A stretch of 64,000 nt of DNA from Chrysomallon squamiferum (GCA_012295275.1 CM022673.1:26598001-26662000); one strand, 5' to 3'; positions 12,501-23,741 are shown, counted from the stretch's first letter. Program-made: numbers and translations. Notes: a model not told the origin generated them from the sequence alone.

Positions 12501-15500
12501 CACAAACGAGTTACGTCTGCACTGAAAAAACAAATTGAAAACCACAAGAAGAAACTGGAAGTGGTAAACTTGAAATTTTTCACTCAGTCAGTCTGTTTGG
12601 ACGTTATTTGTCTTTATTGATTTTCATTTAACTTGATTATACAGTGTGCATAAAACCTGAAGTGATTTTTTTTTGATTTTTCTGTTTTAAATTAATTCAA
12701 GATTTTAACATCATATTAATCTAGAATTTTCTCGTGTAAATAATGAAATAGTTTTTTTTTTAAAGTAAATTAATATGTATTTGATCATCATTTGTCTGCA
12801 ATTATCTATTTGAAATAATAAACTGTCATTTCTATAATAAATTAGTACAGTTTTTATCTGGAAATCATTTTGTTGTAATTATCTTTTTTAATATTACACT
12901 ATGGTAAATTAATAAAGTGTAAGAATATGATTTATGTCACTATTTATCTGTGGTAAATAATGAAGTGATAAAATGATAATGTTATTTTTCTGTAAAACTG
13001 TAATCATTTCATTTTAATAGTTGACATAAATGACAATCAAAATTAAAAAAAAAAAAACAATGATTAAGAATGTAAATTAAGTTAATTATTATTTTGTTTA
13101 TTATAATGAAATTTTGTTTAAATATCTTTGTTCAGGTGACTGCAAAACATGAAGAACTGAGAAAGTCGTATCTCAGTACTCAGGAACAACTGCGTAAAGT
13201 AAGAAAATTAACTTTCTGTTTTGAAAAAAATCTTATCTTAAATTTTATTATTTTCATTGTCATCTAGTGGGACATATGTTCCTGAATTTCCTTGTTTCTG
13301 CTAATGTGTTGTTGTTTTTTTTTTTTTTTTTTTTTTTTTCATAAAATAAATTTGTTTCCATTTAAATGATAGTTAACCCAATTTTAGACCCATTCCTAGT
13401 CAGAAATAAAAAAAAAAAATAAAAATAAAAGAACAGTCAATATGTAAAGAAAGAAAAGAGAAACTTTGGATAATTAAAAACTTTGAGACTAAGTATTTTT
13501 TAGTTAATAAAACTCAAGTTATACAATGCCAGTCTGTGCAGTAAAAAAAAGAGGAATTTTCACAGAAATTTACATTTAATATTTCCAGCTGTGACTTAGT
13601 AAAAAAAAAATGTATTTAAAAATTAAATAATTAAATATATAAATAATAATAATAATAAATAAAAACTTTAAAAGATCAAATAAACAAAATAAAAAAAAAA
13701 AAATAATAATAATAAAATAAAATAAAATTAAATTAAATAAAATTAAATACAGAATCATGGTAAAGAAAAAACAAAGAAATAAAAAAAGAAAAAAAGAAAA
13801 TTCTCATCGAGAACTAAAAACTTCATGACATTTTTTGCAAGAGATATTTTCAGCCGTTGTATTACAGTTTTTTTTAAATACAACCAGCTGTCAGTGTTGT
13901 TAGATTTCTCTGAAAGATAAAATTGTATTTTTATTTGTTGTTTGATCTAATTAGTATGGCTTGTCTGGTTTTTAGTGTCTTGTTTGTTAGAAAATAAGTG
14001 AGAAATGTACATATAAGTTTTCAGCAAATAATTTTTTAATTTTTGTTTTCAGTTACAAGAGAAAAATCTTGCCCTAGATGCAGAAATGACAAAACTGAAT
14101 GAGACAGAAGTAGCAGAAAATCAGAGGTTTGTTTGTTTGTTTTACTAACATGGCTTCTGTTTTAAACAAGTCTGTGTTTTCCTCTTCAGTGAATTTATAA
14201 TTGTTATCTTATTAGGACTGACGTATTCTTATTTGTTCACACTTGAAAATTTGTAAATTAATATTATGCCATAAAATATCCAAATGTTTTGATTACTAAA
14301 TTAATGGAACTTTCTGTCTCTTTAAAAATATGTTCTATATCAGGTATTAATTAATTAATTTCATTTGTGTTCTAAATTGTTTTATTTTTTTTTTTTTTTA
14401 TTTTAGTATTATACAGACCTTACGATCTTTGGTGGCAATGAATGAAAACCTGAAGAAACAAGAACAAGAATTTAAGGCCCACTGTAAGGTTAGAACAATA
14501 CATAATTTCATGCATTAAACCAGTCGCACAGTTCTTCTGAATAATTTAGTTTGTTTTAGCAGTTGTAATGAATATGAAAAAAAAGAAATGATTTTCAGTG
14601 ATGCAAAGTTAAAGATAAATTTAAAAGTGATTTTATTTCTCTTACAAACTATTTATAATTAATATTTATTCTTAAAATATTTATCACTTATGCTTTCACA
14701 TGTTATTATTAAAAAAATGTTTGTTAGGAAGAAATGGCTCGTCTAAAAGAAGAAATTGGCAAACTTCATAATGAAGCAAATGAAGCTGATTCCGAAGATA
14801 AGGTTTGTTTAAACATCTGCTTTACATTTTTAATTTGTTAAAAATCTGCATCATTGTAACAGTATTAATAACAGATTAATAAAGATGAGGTAAACTGTAG
14901 TATAAAAAATAGTTAGAATCGTATGAATGACATATACAGTATTTACAAGTAATTTTTATATTATATTATTATATATAATAATTTTACCATTTTTAATATT
15001 TTCGTTGACCACAAGACATCAGTTAACAGATTTCCTATATAAACATTTTTTTATTCACAAATTGAAAATTAGAATAACTTTTTTCTGTATTTTTCGATAT
15101 CCATTACATATTACAAACTATAATACATAAACTGTTTGACTTTCTGTCTGTCTTTATTATTTTCCTTCTTACAGGAGAGAACCAGTTTAATAGATCAGCA
15201 GTATGAAGCTGATAGAGATAAACTTCACAAAATTAGGATGCATTTAGTAAGTTCTGTTCTATAATTAATAAAAAAAATAAACAGGGTTTTCTGATATTTT
15301 CTCTTTATATCTCATATTTTCATATAAATTTATGTCACAGACACATCAAAATACTTTAAGCAAAATACTTTTAATATATATATATAAAATCATTTCAGTT
15401 CTTTTTTCTCTTTGACTATTACGTTCAGAGGAAAATGCATTGCAAATATATTATTTTCTTAATGCGTTTGTTTAAACAGCTCATTTCGGTTTCAGGCAAA

Positions 15501-18500
15501 GAAAAATCGTGAAATTGCAGTGTTGCAGAGGAAGATAGATGAGGTTCCATCACGAGCAGAACTGAGCCAGTATCAGCGCAGATTTATAGAACTGTACAAT
15601 CAAAGTAAGCAAGGCTCTTCACAAATTCTCTGAGTAGATATTTTCTACTGAGTCCTTCACTACTAGATATCAGTATAAGTATAGATGATTTCCTAGAATT
15701 GTCCTGTAAACAAAGAAGATCAGACTTTTCAGAGATGTGAGCAGTGAAAGCAGATACAGTAGGCACAGCTGATTCAAAGAATCACGAAATGAAAACAGAT
15801 GTGGATTGGTTTATAGAAATATAGTTTAGATTAAATGAGTATGAATCTTAGCAGAGAGAGGATTTTGTCTTTGTTAGATTTGTACAATACAGAACAATCA
15901 AATTATTTAATTAAATTATTGCATGATGGTAAAAAAAAAGAAAAAAGTATGTTCTATTATGCCAAATAATAAAAGTAACTTAATTATTAAAACTTATTAT
16001 TAAATGTGTTATTTTGTCATTGTTTTATTTTTCAGTTGGAACAAAACACAGAGAGACAAAGAAGTTTTACACCCTGTACAACACATTTGATGATAAAAAG
16101 TTGTACTTGGCAAAAGAGGTCTGTTTTATATTTCTGCAAAATCAACATTTTTATTTTATACAATTCTATCATACTGGCAGCCCTGCTGCTGTACGAAAAA
16201 TTTCTTATTGGCGACATACTTAAGTGCAGACCATGTTAAATTTGGGGAATTTAATAATTTTAGATTATTAGTACAGAGTGTGTTGGATGGGGGTTCTGTG
16301 GTTTTTTTTGCAAAATATAAAATAGATTTTGGCAGTTGTTTTAGAAAGTTGCTGATTTGTACTTGATTATAACTTCAGACAGTTAAATGTCCAGATTTTG
16401 TCAGTGAGATATGAGAGTTCCTAATACATTACTGCCTGACATCATTCAGTTATTACTCTTATAATTCTTATATTCTTATATATATGTCTTAATTTTGTAT
16501 TAATATTTTGTAATGTTGAAGAATATAGAAGATTAATTTACAGTTCCGTATGAATTAAAAATCTGGCTTCACACAATAATATTTATTTGAAAAAAATACA
16601 GATGATAAAGAAAAATTTAATGCTAAATTACATAAAGCTATTTTTAATATTTCTAATTTTATTTTAGGTCAATCTGCTGAACTCAATACACGACACATTC
16701 ACAGAGTAAGTTTGATGTTTATCATCAGCTTCACATTAGAAATCACTTGATTATTTAACAAATACTGTAAAAAAACTGGTGACAGTTTGTCAAAGAATGA
16801 ACAGTAATTTACTTCAAGACATCTCTGTATTTTTATTATTAAAGAATTAGGTGTCTGATGTGGTGCTTTTTGTCTATTGTTAATAGTAATATATTTATTT
16901 TGTATATTGTAAATAGTAAAATTTTATTTAGAGTATTATTAATAGTAATATATTTATTTTGTATATTGCTAATAGTAATATATTTATTTTGTGTATTGTT
17001 AAGAGTAATATATTTATTTTATATATTGTTACTAGTAATTTGTTTATTTTGTATATTGCTAATAGCAATACATTTATTTTGTATATTGTTAATGGTAATA
17101 TATATATTTTGTATATTGTTAACAATAATATATTTATTTAGTATATTGTTAATATATTTCTTTATATTACTATATATTATTTTTTATATATATATTATTA
17201 TTGTATATTGCTAATATATTTTTATATATTTATTTTGTATATTGCTAATACAAATATTTATTTTCTAAACCTTCAGAGCGATGTCTTCACCAGCAAACAA
17301 GGAGCAATTTTTGAAACAATTTGAGCAGATTGTCGATGGTGTCAAGTCAAACAGAGTTAAGGTACTTGTTTACACAAAGATTATTCAGTCTGTTGTCATA
17401 TAAATATACTTATTCAAGGGGAAATTAATAATTTTCTCTTTTTTTTTTTTTTTTTTGCTGTTGCTGATATGAATGTTTGTTTAGTCTAAAACTTGTGCTA
17501 TTTTAAGTATTAATTTATTATTATTGGGCTTGTGATTTTTCGTTCAGGATTTCCAACAAATATATATAATATAAATATATATATACACATCCAGCCTTGG
17601 AGACTTCAAAGTTGTGAAAGCTAAAAAAATGTATGTGGATGAGTACCTAATAAAATCATATTGAGTAAGATTTAGTTTCTGCCATAAATATATAAACTGT
17701 TTAAATTCAGTTATAATTTGTATACTGTCAGGTTGAGAAAAAGAAACAAGTGGAAAAGATGAAACGAGACCAGCTGAACGATACTTACCTGGATTTAATT
17801 GAAAAACAGAGACTGTACTTCAAAACTGTCAAAGATTTCAAAGAGGTAAGTTACTCTGGGAAGGGTTGGAGCAGGTAAGGTCCAGTATAAAATGCTAGAG
17901 GGGGGGTTACCTATTTGTGATATTGCAAATAAATAAAAAGTAAAATATAAAAGTAGAAAGATAATGTAAGCTAAAAATAAATTATATATGTTATCAAAAC
18001 CCCTTGTAAAGCAATGAATCACAAAGATATTCATGTTTGTTATGAAAAGGAAAGGGTTATGTTTATCTATGGTCAGTAGACTTCAGTATGATAGAAGGGA
18101 GGGAATCCTAGATAAAATTTCACATAGAAAAAAACAACAACAGTTTTTATTTTTTTATTGGTTTTAAGTTATATGATCAGATTTTTTTATCATACGATGT
18201 AACCAAATAGATACTTCTTTTCTGAAAAATACAAAATAGATTCAGGATTGTTTTTAACTTAGTTTGAAATAAAGAATGGAAAAGAAATAACTCAAAACAA
18301 ATCTTTTTTAGAAACAATATTATATTGACACATATGGTTCTTGAAAATGTAAGAAATGTTTACTAATTATGGCAAATAACTTCTAAAATTTCTGTAATAA
18401 AAATTGTTTGTTTTAGTTTAATATTAATTTGATGTTGGCATTATGAATAATTTTTCTCATTTTTGTTTATTTTACAGGAATGTTGGAAGAATGAAGTATT

Positions 18501-18525
18501 GCAGTCCAAACTGAGAAATTCCTAA
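1162..18525 (+). CDS. CCDC93: Coiled-coil domain-containing protein 93, complete spliced gene (23 coding exons, 625 aa)
   Basis: Joined exons give one ORF from ATG 1162 to TAA 18523-18525 (1878 nt), with all introns GT..AG and phases consistent. Peptides [79 protein letters not shown] and [23 protein letters not shown] match human CCDC93 as I recall it. Confidence 0.97.
1405..1453 (+). repeat. (TTA)n microsatellite
   Basis: Direct read. Confidence 0.95.
2283..2396 (+). CDS. CCDC93: CCDC93 exon 2 (VETREDEEQ...GLSPFDK)
   Basis: tttctctag| ... AAG|gtacgt; 114 nt; highly conserved peptide. Confidence 0.97.
3067..3161 (+). CDS. CCDC93: CCDC93 exon 3 ([31 protein letters not shown])
   Basis: tttcag| ... 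AT|gtaagg; 95 nt. Confidence 0.97.
3551..3662 (+). CDS. CCDC93: CCDC93 exon 4 ([37 protein letters not shown])
   Basis: ttgtag| ... CAG|gtagga; 112 nt. Confidence 0.97.
4027..4125 (+). CDS. CCDC93: CCDC93 exon 5 ([33 protein letters not shown])
   Basis: ttacag| ... CAG|gtttgt; 99 nt; lies inside track ORF 4006..4191. Confidence 0.96.
6181..6295 (+). repeat. Compound pentanucleotide microsatellite (AATAG)n/(AATAC)n/(AATGT)n
   Basis: Direct read. Confidence 0.9.
8676..8732 (+). CDS. CCDC93: CCDC93 exon 6 ([19 protein letters not shown])
   Basis: Long T tract + aag| ... AAG|gtatcc; 57 nt; length fits the corresponding human segment. Confidence 0.9.
9134..9330 (+). repeat. (TTTA)n tract abutting the exon 7 acceptor
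   Basis: Direct read. Confidence 0.95.
9336..9433 (+). CDS. CCDC93: CCDC93 exon 7 ([32 protein letters not shown])
   Basis: ttttag| ... AG|gtctgt; 98 nt; YKP.R.Y and TLLEYG motifs. Confidence 0.95.
9701..9731 (+). CDS. CCDC93: CCDC93 exon 8, 31-nt mini-exon ([10 protein letters not shown])
   Basis: tttttctag| ... AAG|gttggt; completes the EYGRRYG motif and restores phase 0. Confidence 0.88.
10081..10164 (+). CDS. CCDC93: CCDC93 exon 9 ([28 protein letters not shown])
   Basis: attag| ... GAG|gtactg; 84 nt. Confidence 0.9.
10489..10539 (+). CDS. CCDC93: CCDC93 exon 10 ([17 protein letters not shown])
   Basis: tttttaag| ... GAG|gtaatt; 51 nt. Confidence 0.9.
11048..11134 (+). CDS. CCDC93: CCDC93 exon 11 ([29 protein letters not shown])
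   Basis: tgtttag| ... AAA|gtaagt; 87 nt. Confidence 0.95.
12447..12563 (+). CDS. CCDC93: CCDC93 exon 12 ([39 protein letters not shown])
   Basis: ttgacag| ... GTG|gtaaac; 117 nt; acceptor lacks a good pyrimidine tract. Confidence 0.88.
13136..13198 (+). CDS. CCDC93: CCDC93 exon 13 ([21 protein letters not shown])
   Basis: ttgttcag| ... AAA|gtaaga; 63 nt. Confidence 0.92.
14053..14126 (+). CDS. CCDC93: CCDC93 exon 14 ([24 protein letters not shown])
   Basis: ttttcag| ... AG|gtttgt; 74 nt. Confidence 0.92.
14407..14488 (+). CDS. CCDC93: CCDC93 exon 15 ([27 protein letters not shown])
   Basis: ttttag| ... AAG|gttaga; 82 nt; conserved [18 protein letters not shown]. Confidence 0.96.
14728..14802 (+). 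CDS. CCDC93: CCDC93 exon 16 ([25 protein letters not shown])
   Basis: ttgttag| ... AAG|gtttgt; 75 nt. Confidence 0.93.
15175..15246 (+). CDS. CCDC93: CCDC93 exon 17 ([24 protein letters not shown])
   Basis: cttcttacag| ... TTA|gtaagt; 72 nt. Confidence 0.93.
15496..15604 (+). CDS. CCDC93: CCDC93 exon 18 ([36 protein letters not shown])
   Basis: tttcag| ... A|gtaagc; 109 nt; highly conserved peptide. Confidence 0.97.
16036..16118 (+). CDS. CCDC93: CCDC93 exon 19 ([27 protein letters not shown])
   Basis: tttttcag| ... GAG|gtctgt; 83 nt; inside track ORF 16014..16223. Confidence 0.96.
16668..16705 (+). CDS. CCDC93: CCDC93 exon 20 ([12 protein letters not shown])
   Basis: attttag| ... GA|gtaagt; 38 nt. 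Confidence 0.94.
16875..17262 (+). repeat. About 30-bp minisatellite (TATTGTTAATAGTAATATATTTATTTTGTA-like), about 12 copies, in CCDC93 intron 20
   Basis: Directly visible 30-nt periodicity; source of spurious ORFs 16858..17214, 16928..17125 and 16959..17141. Confidence 0.9.
17277..17361 (+). CDS. CCDC93: CCDC93 exon 21 ([28 protein letters not shown])
   Basis: ccttcag| ... AAG|gtactt; 85 nt. Confidence 0.96.
17732..17845 (+). CDS. CCDC93: CCDC93 exon 22 ([38 protein letters not shown])
   Basis: ctgtcag| ... GAG|gtaagt; 114 nt. Confidence 0.97.
18478..18525 (+). CDS. CCDC93: CCDC93 terminal coding exon 23 ([15 protein letters not shown])
   Basis: ttttacag| then in-frame TAA immediately followed by TGA; resembles the human C-terminus EGRKNEMLLSK. 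Confidence 0.93.
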   Translation, partial: ECWKNEVLQSKLRNS

Positions 18526-18615
18526 TGAACAAAAACTTGTTAAATTTTATTTGTATTTCCTACAACATGTAGAACACTGTTACTCAGATGCATAAATAGT
18601 TATAAAATATTATTT

Positions 18616-18621
18616 AATAAA
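18616..18621 (+). terminator. Candidate polyadenylation signal for CCDC93
   Basis: First AATAAA, about 90 nt after the stop; more AATAAA follow in an AT-rich tract, so usage is uncertain. Confidence 0.35.
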
Positions 18622-19554
18622 TCAACCTAACCATGTTATTTATGATAAATAAATAAATAATATAATATAATATATAAAACAATTATGTGAATAAGAAGCC
18701 AGCAAAAAAAAAAAAATAATATATAATAAAATATGTTGTTTAAATTAAAAAGTCAACAAAAAGTAAAAATTGAAAATCTCATTTCAAATAAAGCCATACA
18801 TACATATAGATAAATATTTTTTATTTATTTATTTATTTTTTAATCTATACATTTGACAAATCTGATAACTTACATAAAGCAGGTTTATTCATTTCAAAAG
18901 TTCTTTTTAATATGATTTATAACACAATGACCTTTAAAAAAATTAATCAGAATGAAACTAAATGATAATATTAAACAGAAAAATCCATCAAAATGTAACT
19001 AATATTAAGAAAATTGTCTGAATTCTAAGAGGAAAATAATATTTTCCCAATCATGATAATACTCAGCAGTTTGAAAAAAGATTTCTTTGGTAATTCATTG
19101 AATACTCTTCTTCATGTGCAATAATAATCTGAGGCAATATAATTACAATCCAGACTTCAAAAAAATTTAATATCATTTAGCAAAAAGTGAGTGGGGCAAA
19201 AACAAGAGTAATAATAAAAACAAACAAAATTAATTCTACTATGAACATTAAGTATTTTGCAGTACACAGCTTAAGTTTTACACTGGCTCTGAAATTAAAG
19301 TAAATGTCAAAATAAATACAGTATCCTCAATATCAAATATAAAATTAAAAAAAATTAATTAATTAAAAGATAATGATTTTAAAAGCAATGATTTTATTGT
19401 GTGTAAATTAAAAAATACAAACAAAAAACTCAAATGTAGAGAGCTCTTAATCATTTATAAAATGGAGTAAAATAATAAACATGTTTGACAAAACTTCTTT
19501 TACTTTTTATTAATAAGAGGGCTTTGTTAAGAATTTTTAATTTAAATGCAGAGG

Positions 19555-19586
<32 letters not shown>

Positions 19587-21243
19587 TACTACTACTACTT
19601 TTTTTAATTTATTTTTTTTTTTTTTTTTTAACATTTGTTTCAATGTTAATCTGTTAAGTTTCATTAATAAAATTTATAATACATTATATTTATTTTTTGG
19701 TCTATTTTTAATTAATTTTCACACTTCTAGTTTATCTTTTGATTATTTATTTATTTATAATTATTATTATTGTTATTATTTTTATATATATATATATTTT
19801 TTAATACACTGGAACATTAATATATTCATTGAAAATGTTTTAGGTGTGAAAAGCTGTTTCATCTTTCTGGAAATCTAAATGAGTTTGTCTTTCCACTAGC
19901 AAAAACTGATTGCATCTCTTACTTTATAATGTCAATAAAATTAAAAATTGGAGCATTAATGCCCACATGAAGCATTTCAGAGAGTATGTATTCTGGTTAC
20001 AGACAACCCAATGCATTTTGTGAAATATTACAGAAGGTGCATAATGATCCTATCATTTTAAAAAACAGTTTTGGAGTTGTCAGAAGCTGGTGAGGAATAT
20101 TAACAGACAATTTGTTAAAACAAACAAACAAACAAAAACAACCAAACAATAATAATATACTAATTCAATAAAATGAAAAGATATTTTCAAAAGTTGAATT
20201 ATGGAACCTGTATTTAATAATTTAAAGAACAAAAAAAAAAATCACTTTGCTTTATTCTTCTATAAAATGGTTCATCAATAAAAAAATAAATAAAAAAAAG
20301 TAAGAAATGATTAATTTACTGAAGGTATTTAAATAATTCAAGATGACAACAAATCTTCACCATTCAGTACTAGCAACAAGAAAAAAGAATAACCATTTTA
20401 AAATAATATTAGTTACACACTATTGAACACAACATCTAGAGAAAATATTAACATAAACTGTTTTCATTCTTAATTGGATTTAATTTTGTTTTCATAAAGT
20501 TGAAGTCATCTTGGCTTAAATGCATTCAGCAATTAGGTTGTGAAATATTATTACAAGCTGGCAACAGATACTCAGTCTAGATGTTAATTTTTATTTAAGT
20601 ATTAGTGATTTAATATCCAGCAAGGTGTCACTTACTAATGTTTGGAGAAGAAACAATTGATTTATTTATAGAAGCACAACACATTTTTAATCCAAAGTTA
20701 CATGATCTCATGTAATTAGTGATTAAAGTCCACACAGATAAAGAGAAATGAACTGTGCAACTACCCTGCAATAGCATGCTGTCTGTGATAAGCAGAAAGA
20801 GATACTTAAAGTGAACCTTTTCATAGACAGGATGACACATTTCACAATTTAGTTAAAAAGCAGTGGCCAGGATAGGGAAGAATTAAATATATAACTAGTC
20901 ATGTCTTCAAAAACTCGTTTTTAAAATTAACTGTAATTAGAAATAAATCAATTAAAATTCTGTTCAATACTTTATCAGTTTATTAATAATTTTCTTGTAT
21001 CACATTTAAGCTTAACCTACCACTGCAACTGTTACACACAGCATTTGCTAAAACTGAAAAAGTTAAATTTTTACACACAAACAGATCTACACACAGTATA
21101 TGTCAATTTAAAAATTCACTAGTCAACTAATCCCTATGTTTAGTAAGCTTAGAAGTTTCTTTTAGAGGGAATCGCCATTTGTGTATATAACAGAAACTTT
21201 CAGAAGCAGTGTTATGCTTGTTATGTTGTACTAAGAATTGTCA

Positions 21244-21280
<37 letters not shown>

Positions 21281-21492
21281 TTTTGGTCATGGATATTGTT
21301 GTTATTATTATTTTAATTTTTATTATGAGATGACACCTGACTTATCCTTCCTATAGTTGTGATAAACTTAAGTTTGGCATAATTTCATATATAGCACTTA
21401 CAGAGATTCAGATAACCCTATCTCACCCAGTGTGTTATATCTGGTTTTACTTTCCATTATTTCTTAATTTCACAAAATAAAGAAAATTGTGT

Positions 21493-21616
21493 AAATAAAT
21501 AAATAAATAAATGAATAAATAAATAAATAAATAAATAATAATAGTAAAAAAATAAAAAATAAAAAATAAAATAAAATAAAATAAATAAATAAATAAAATA
21601 ATAATTAAATAAATAA

Positions 21617-21665
<49 letters not shown>
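21493..21665 (+). repeat. (AAAT)n / A-rich tract
   Basis: Direct read. Confidence 0.9.
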
Positions 21666-21945
21666 AAAGAAATAAAGAAATAAAATATATAATTAAAATA
21701 TATAATAAAAATGAAAAGGAATACATTGCATTGACAATGAATGGAAAATACAGTATCCAGAATAAAAAATGCATAACCACTACCTGAACAAAAATATAAA
21801 CGAAAACAATAATAATCCCCCAATACAAAAAATAAGACGCTAAAATATTTGCTGTGTATATAAAATACACCTAAGTAACATTTTCAGTTAACTTTTTAAA
21901 AATAAAGCCTTATAACAATTATTGCAAAATTAAAACATTTACTTA

Positions 21946-21976
<31 letters not shown>

Positions 21977-21977
<1 letters not shown>

Positions 21978-22062
21978 GATTAACTTTACCTGAGGTGGAA
22001 ATGATGTTAACAACATAATTTAAATAATGTTATTAACACACACAGTAACAAAAATCAATAAA
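21977..22062 (+). repeat. Copy 1 of an about 85-bp direct repeat preceded by (AT)n
   Basis: AGATTAACTTTACCTGAGGTGGAAATGATGTTAA...CAGTAACAAAAATCAATAAA, near-identical to 24266-24349. Confidence 0.9.
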
Positions 22063-22627
22063 AATCCACAGTTACAAATGTTTATTACCAGCTGTTGTAA
22101 TGTTACTATATTCAGTCATGATTTGATGTATTCATATGCATATTTACACTGTAATATAATCACATTTTCTTGAATGAATGAATGAATCAATCAGTCAATC
22201 AGTCAGTCAATAAAAGAAAAAAGAAAACGTATATTGGCAGTAGTCGTTGTTTTTAAGTGATGATGTGTGCTGTTGAAATATCCACACACACGCACCTACA
22301 AGGAACAAAACAACAACAAAATAAAAAAAAAAAAATAAACTTTAAAATTTTTAAAAAGAAAGAATAATAATAATAATAAATACTTTAATAGACTGACTAA
22401 TAAAAAAAAAAAAAAAAATACCGCCCTCTCCTAAATGTAACAGGAATATTTTTGGTCTCTTGATTTCCTGCAAATTAGGTTTTATTTCTTATTTTTTTCC
22501 TCTTATTTATTTTTGTTTTTAATTTAATTTAATTTAATTTAATTTAATGATTTCTTTATTTTTATTTTTATTTATTTTTTATGGAGGAAGATCCCAAAGT
22601 AAAATGACGTCTTGTTATTTAATCGAC

Positions 22628-22643
22628 TGGTGCCACCTAGTGG
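22628..22643 (-). promoter_or_regulatory. CTCF-consensus site (CCACTAGGTGGCACCA on minus strand)
   Basis: TGGTGCCACCTAGTGG matches the bilaterian CTCF core CCACYAGRKGGCRC. Confidence 0.65.
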
Positions 22644-22699
22644 GGATACCGCTTAATCGCACAATGGTCGGGGAGACAACGCTCTCGGTGTAACGACAC

Positions 22700-22779
22700 C
22701 ATTAGAAAGTTCTTTATCGTGATAATACGAGCGTGAAATGCTCAACTTAAACTGGAATTCATAAAAAGAAATCGATGAG
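22700..22779 (+). other. Putative first exon of an unidentified large + strand gene (start approximate)
   Basis: Strong donor GATGAG|gtaagg inside the CpG-enriched region; followed by T-skewed intron-like sequence. Confidence 0.45.
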
Positions 22780-23741
22780 GTAAGGTACAGATGTTATTAT
22801 TAGTATTTTCACTTTCATCTTCTTTTCTGTACTATTTGTGAATGGAAGGGCTTAAATACCGATACACTCTGACTGCTTCAGTTTAAAGAGTTTAGTACTT
22901 GTACTTAGAAATCTTCACACGATTCGCTTGTTTATCGCAACCGTCTTGTAAATTGTTTATCTTCATTTGTAAATTTACTTTCACCCAACACTGCTTTCTT
23001 TTCGTTTCTTTCATCAACATTGTTCTTTGTTTTAAGATGTACATGCTGTAATGTAAACGACAGAAAAATAATTCATCATTTCGATGGAATTAAAAATAGG
23101 CAGGCGACCGGCTTACACAACTTGTGGGTGTGTCCGAGTTATCAGTTCCTGTACCGTAATACGAGTCGATTATTATCCTTCTTTGCAGTTATAATCCTTA
23201 CATATTAAAATTCGGGTACTGACGAGGTTTATTCCATATTTTTCTTCAAGTGAATTCCTCAACACAGTTTTGAAAAGTAAATTTAAAAATTTGTATTGCA
23301 AGAAATTGTAATATCATTTTTGAAAATAACCTTCAGAAAACTTTTATATATATATATATATATATATATTTTTGGGGGTTTTCATTTATTTATATTTAAC
23401 TTAGTTAATGCACTTGTGTGTAAGAAATAATTCTGTTCAAAAGATTTAATATAAAAAATGTAAAAAAAGGAGAGAAAAACACAAATATTACAATACTAGA
23501 ATGATTATCATAATTATGTGCAGTATTTGTATTGTATAAGATGATATAGATTAGCTGTAGGACATATAACACCATTAATAATAAAAATAAAATATAAAAT
23601 AGTATTTAAAAAAAAAAAAAATACTGATTACACTGATTCTTGTATGTTTTTTAACCAAATCTTTTAGAGACTATTTCCTGTAATAATTGTTTTGCTGAAT
23701 AGGAAATTACTCACAGTTCTAAATATTACCAGTAGCAATAA

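Larger units (their letters stand above)
22595..23230. promoter_or_regulatory. Second CpG-enriched promoter-like region
   Basis: Sharp rise in CpG density against CpG-poor flanks; CRE-like TGACGTC near 22605; CTCF consensus; + strand donor GAG|GTAAGG after 22779. Confidence 0.6.

Noticed and set aside
16858-17214. Hydrophobic repetitive 118-aa ORF resembling a membrane protein
   Set aside because: Translation of the 30-bp minisatellite in CCDC93 intron 20.
1252-18477. Non-canonical (GC-AG or U12) introns, or stop-codon readthrough in CCDC93
   Set aside because: All 22 introns are GT-AG. The exon 6 donor GTATCCTTAC resembles the U12 5' consensus, but I saw no U12 branch site (TTCCTTAAC) before the 9335 acceptor, so it is not called; intronIC scoring would settle it. 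The stop is a tandem TAA TGA.
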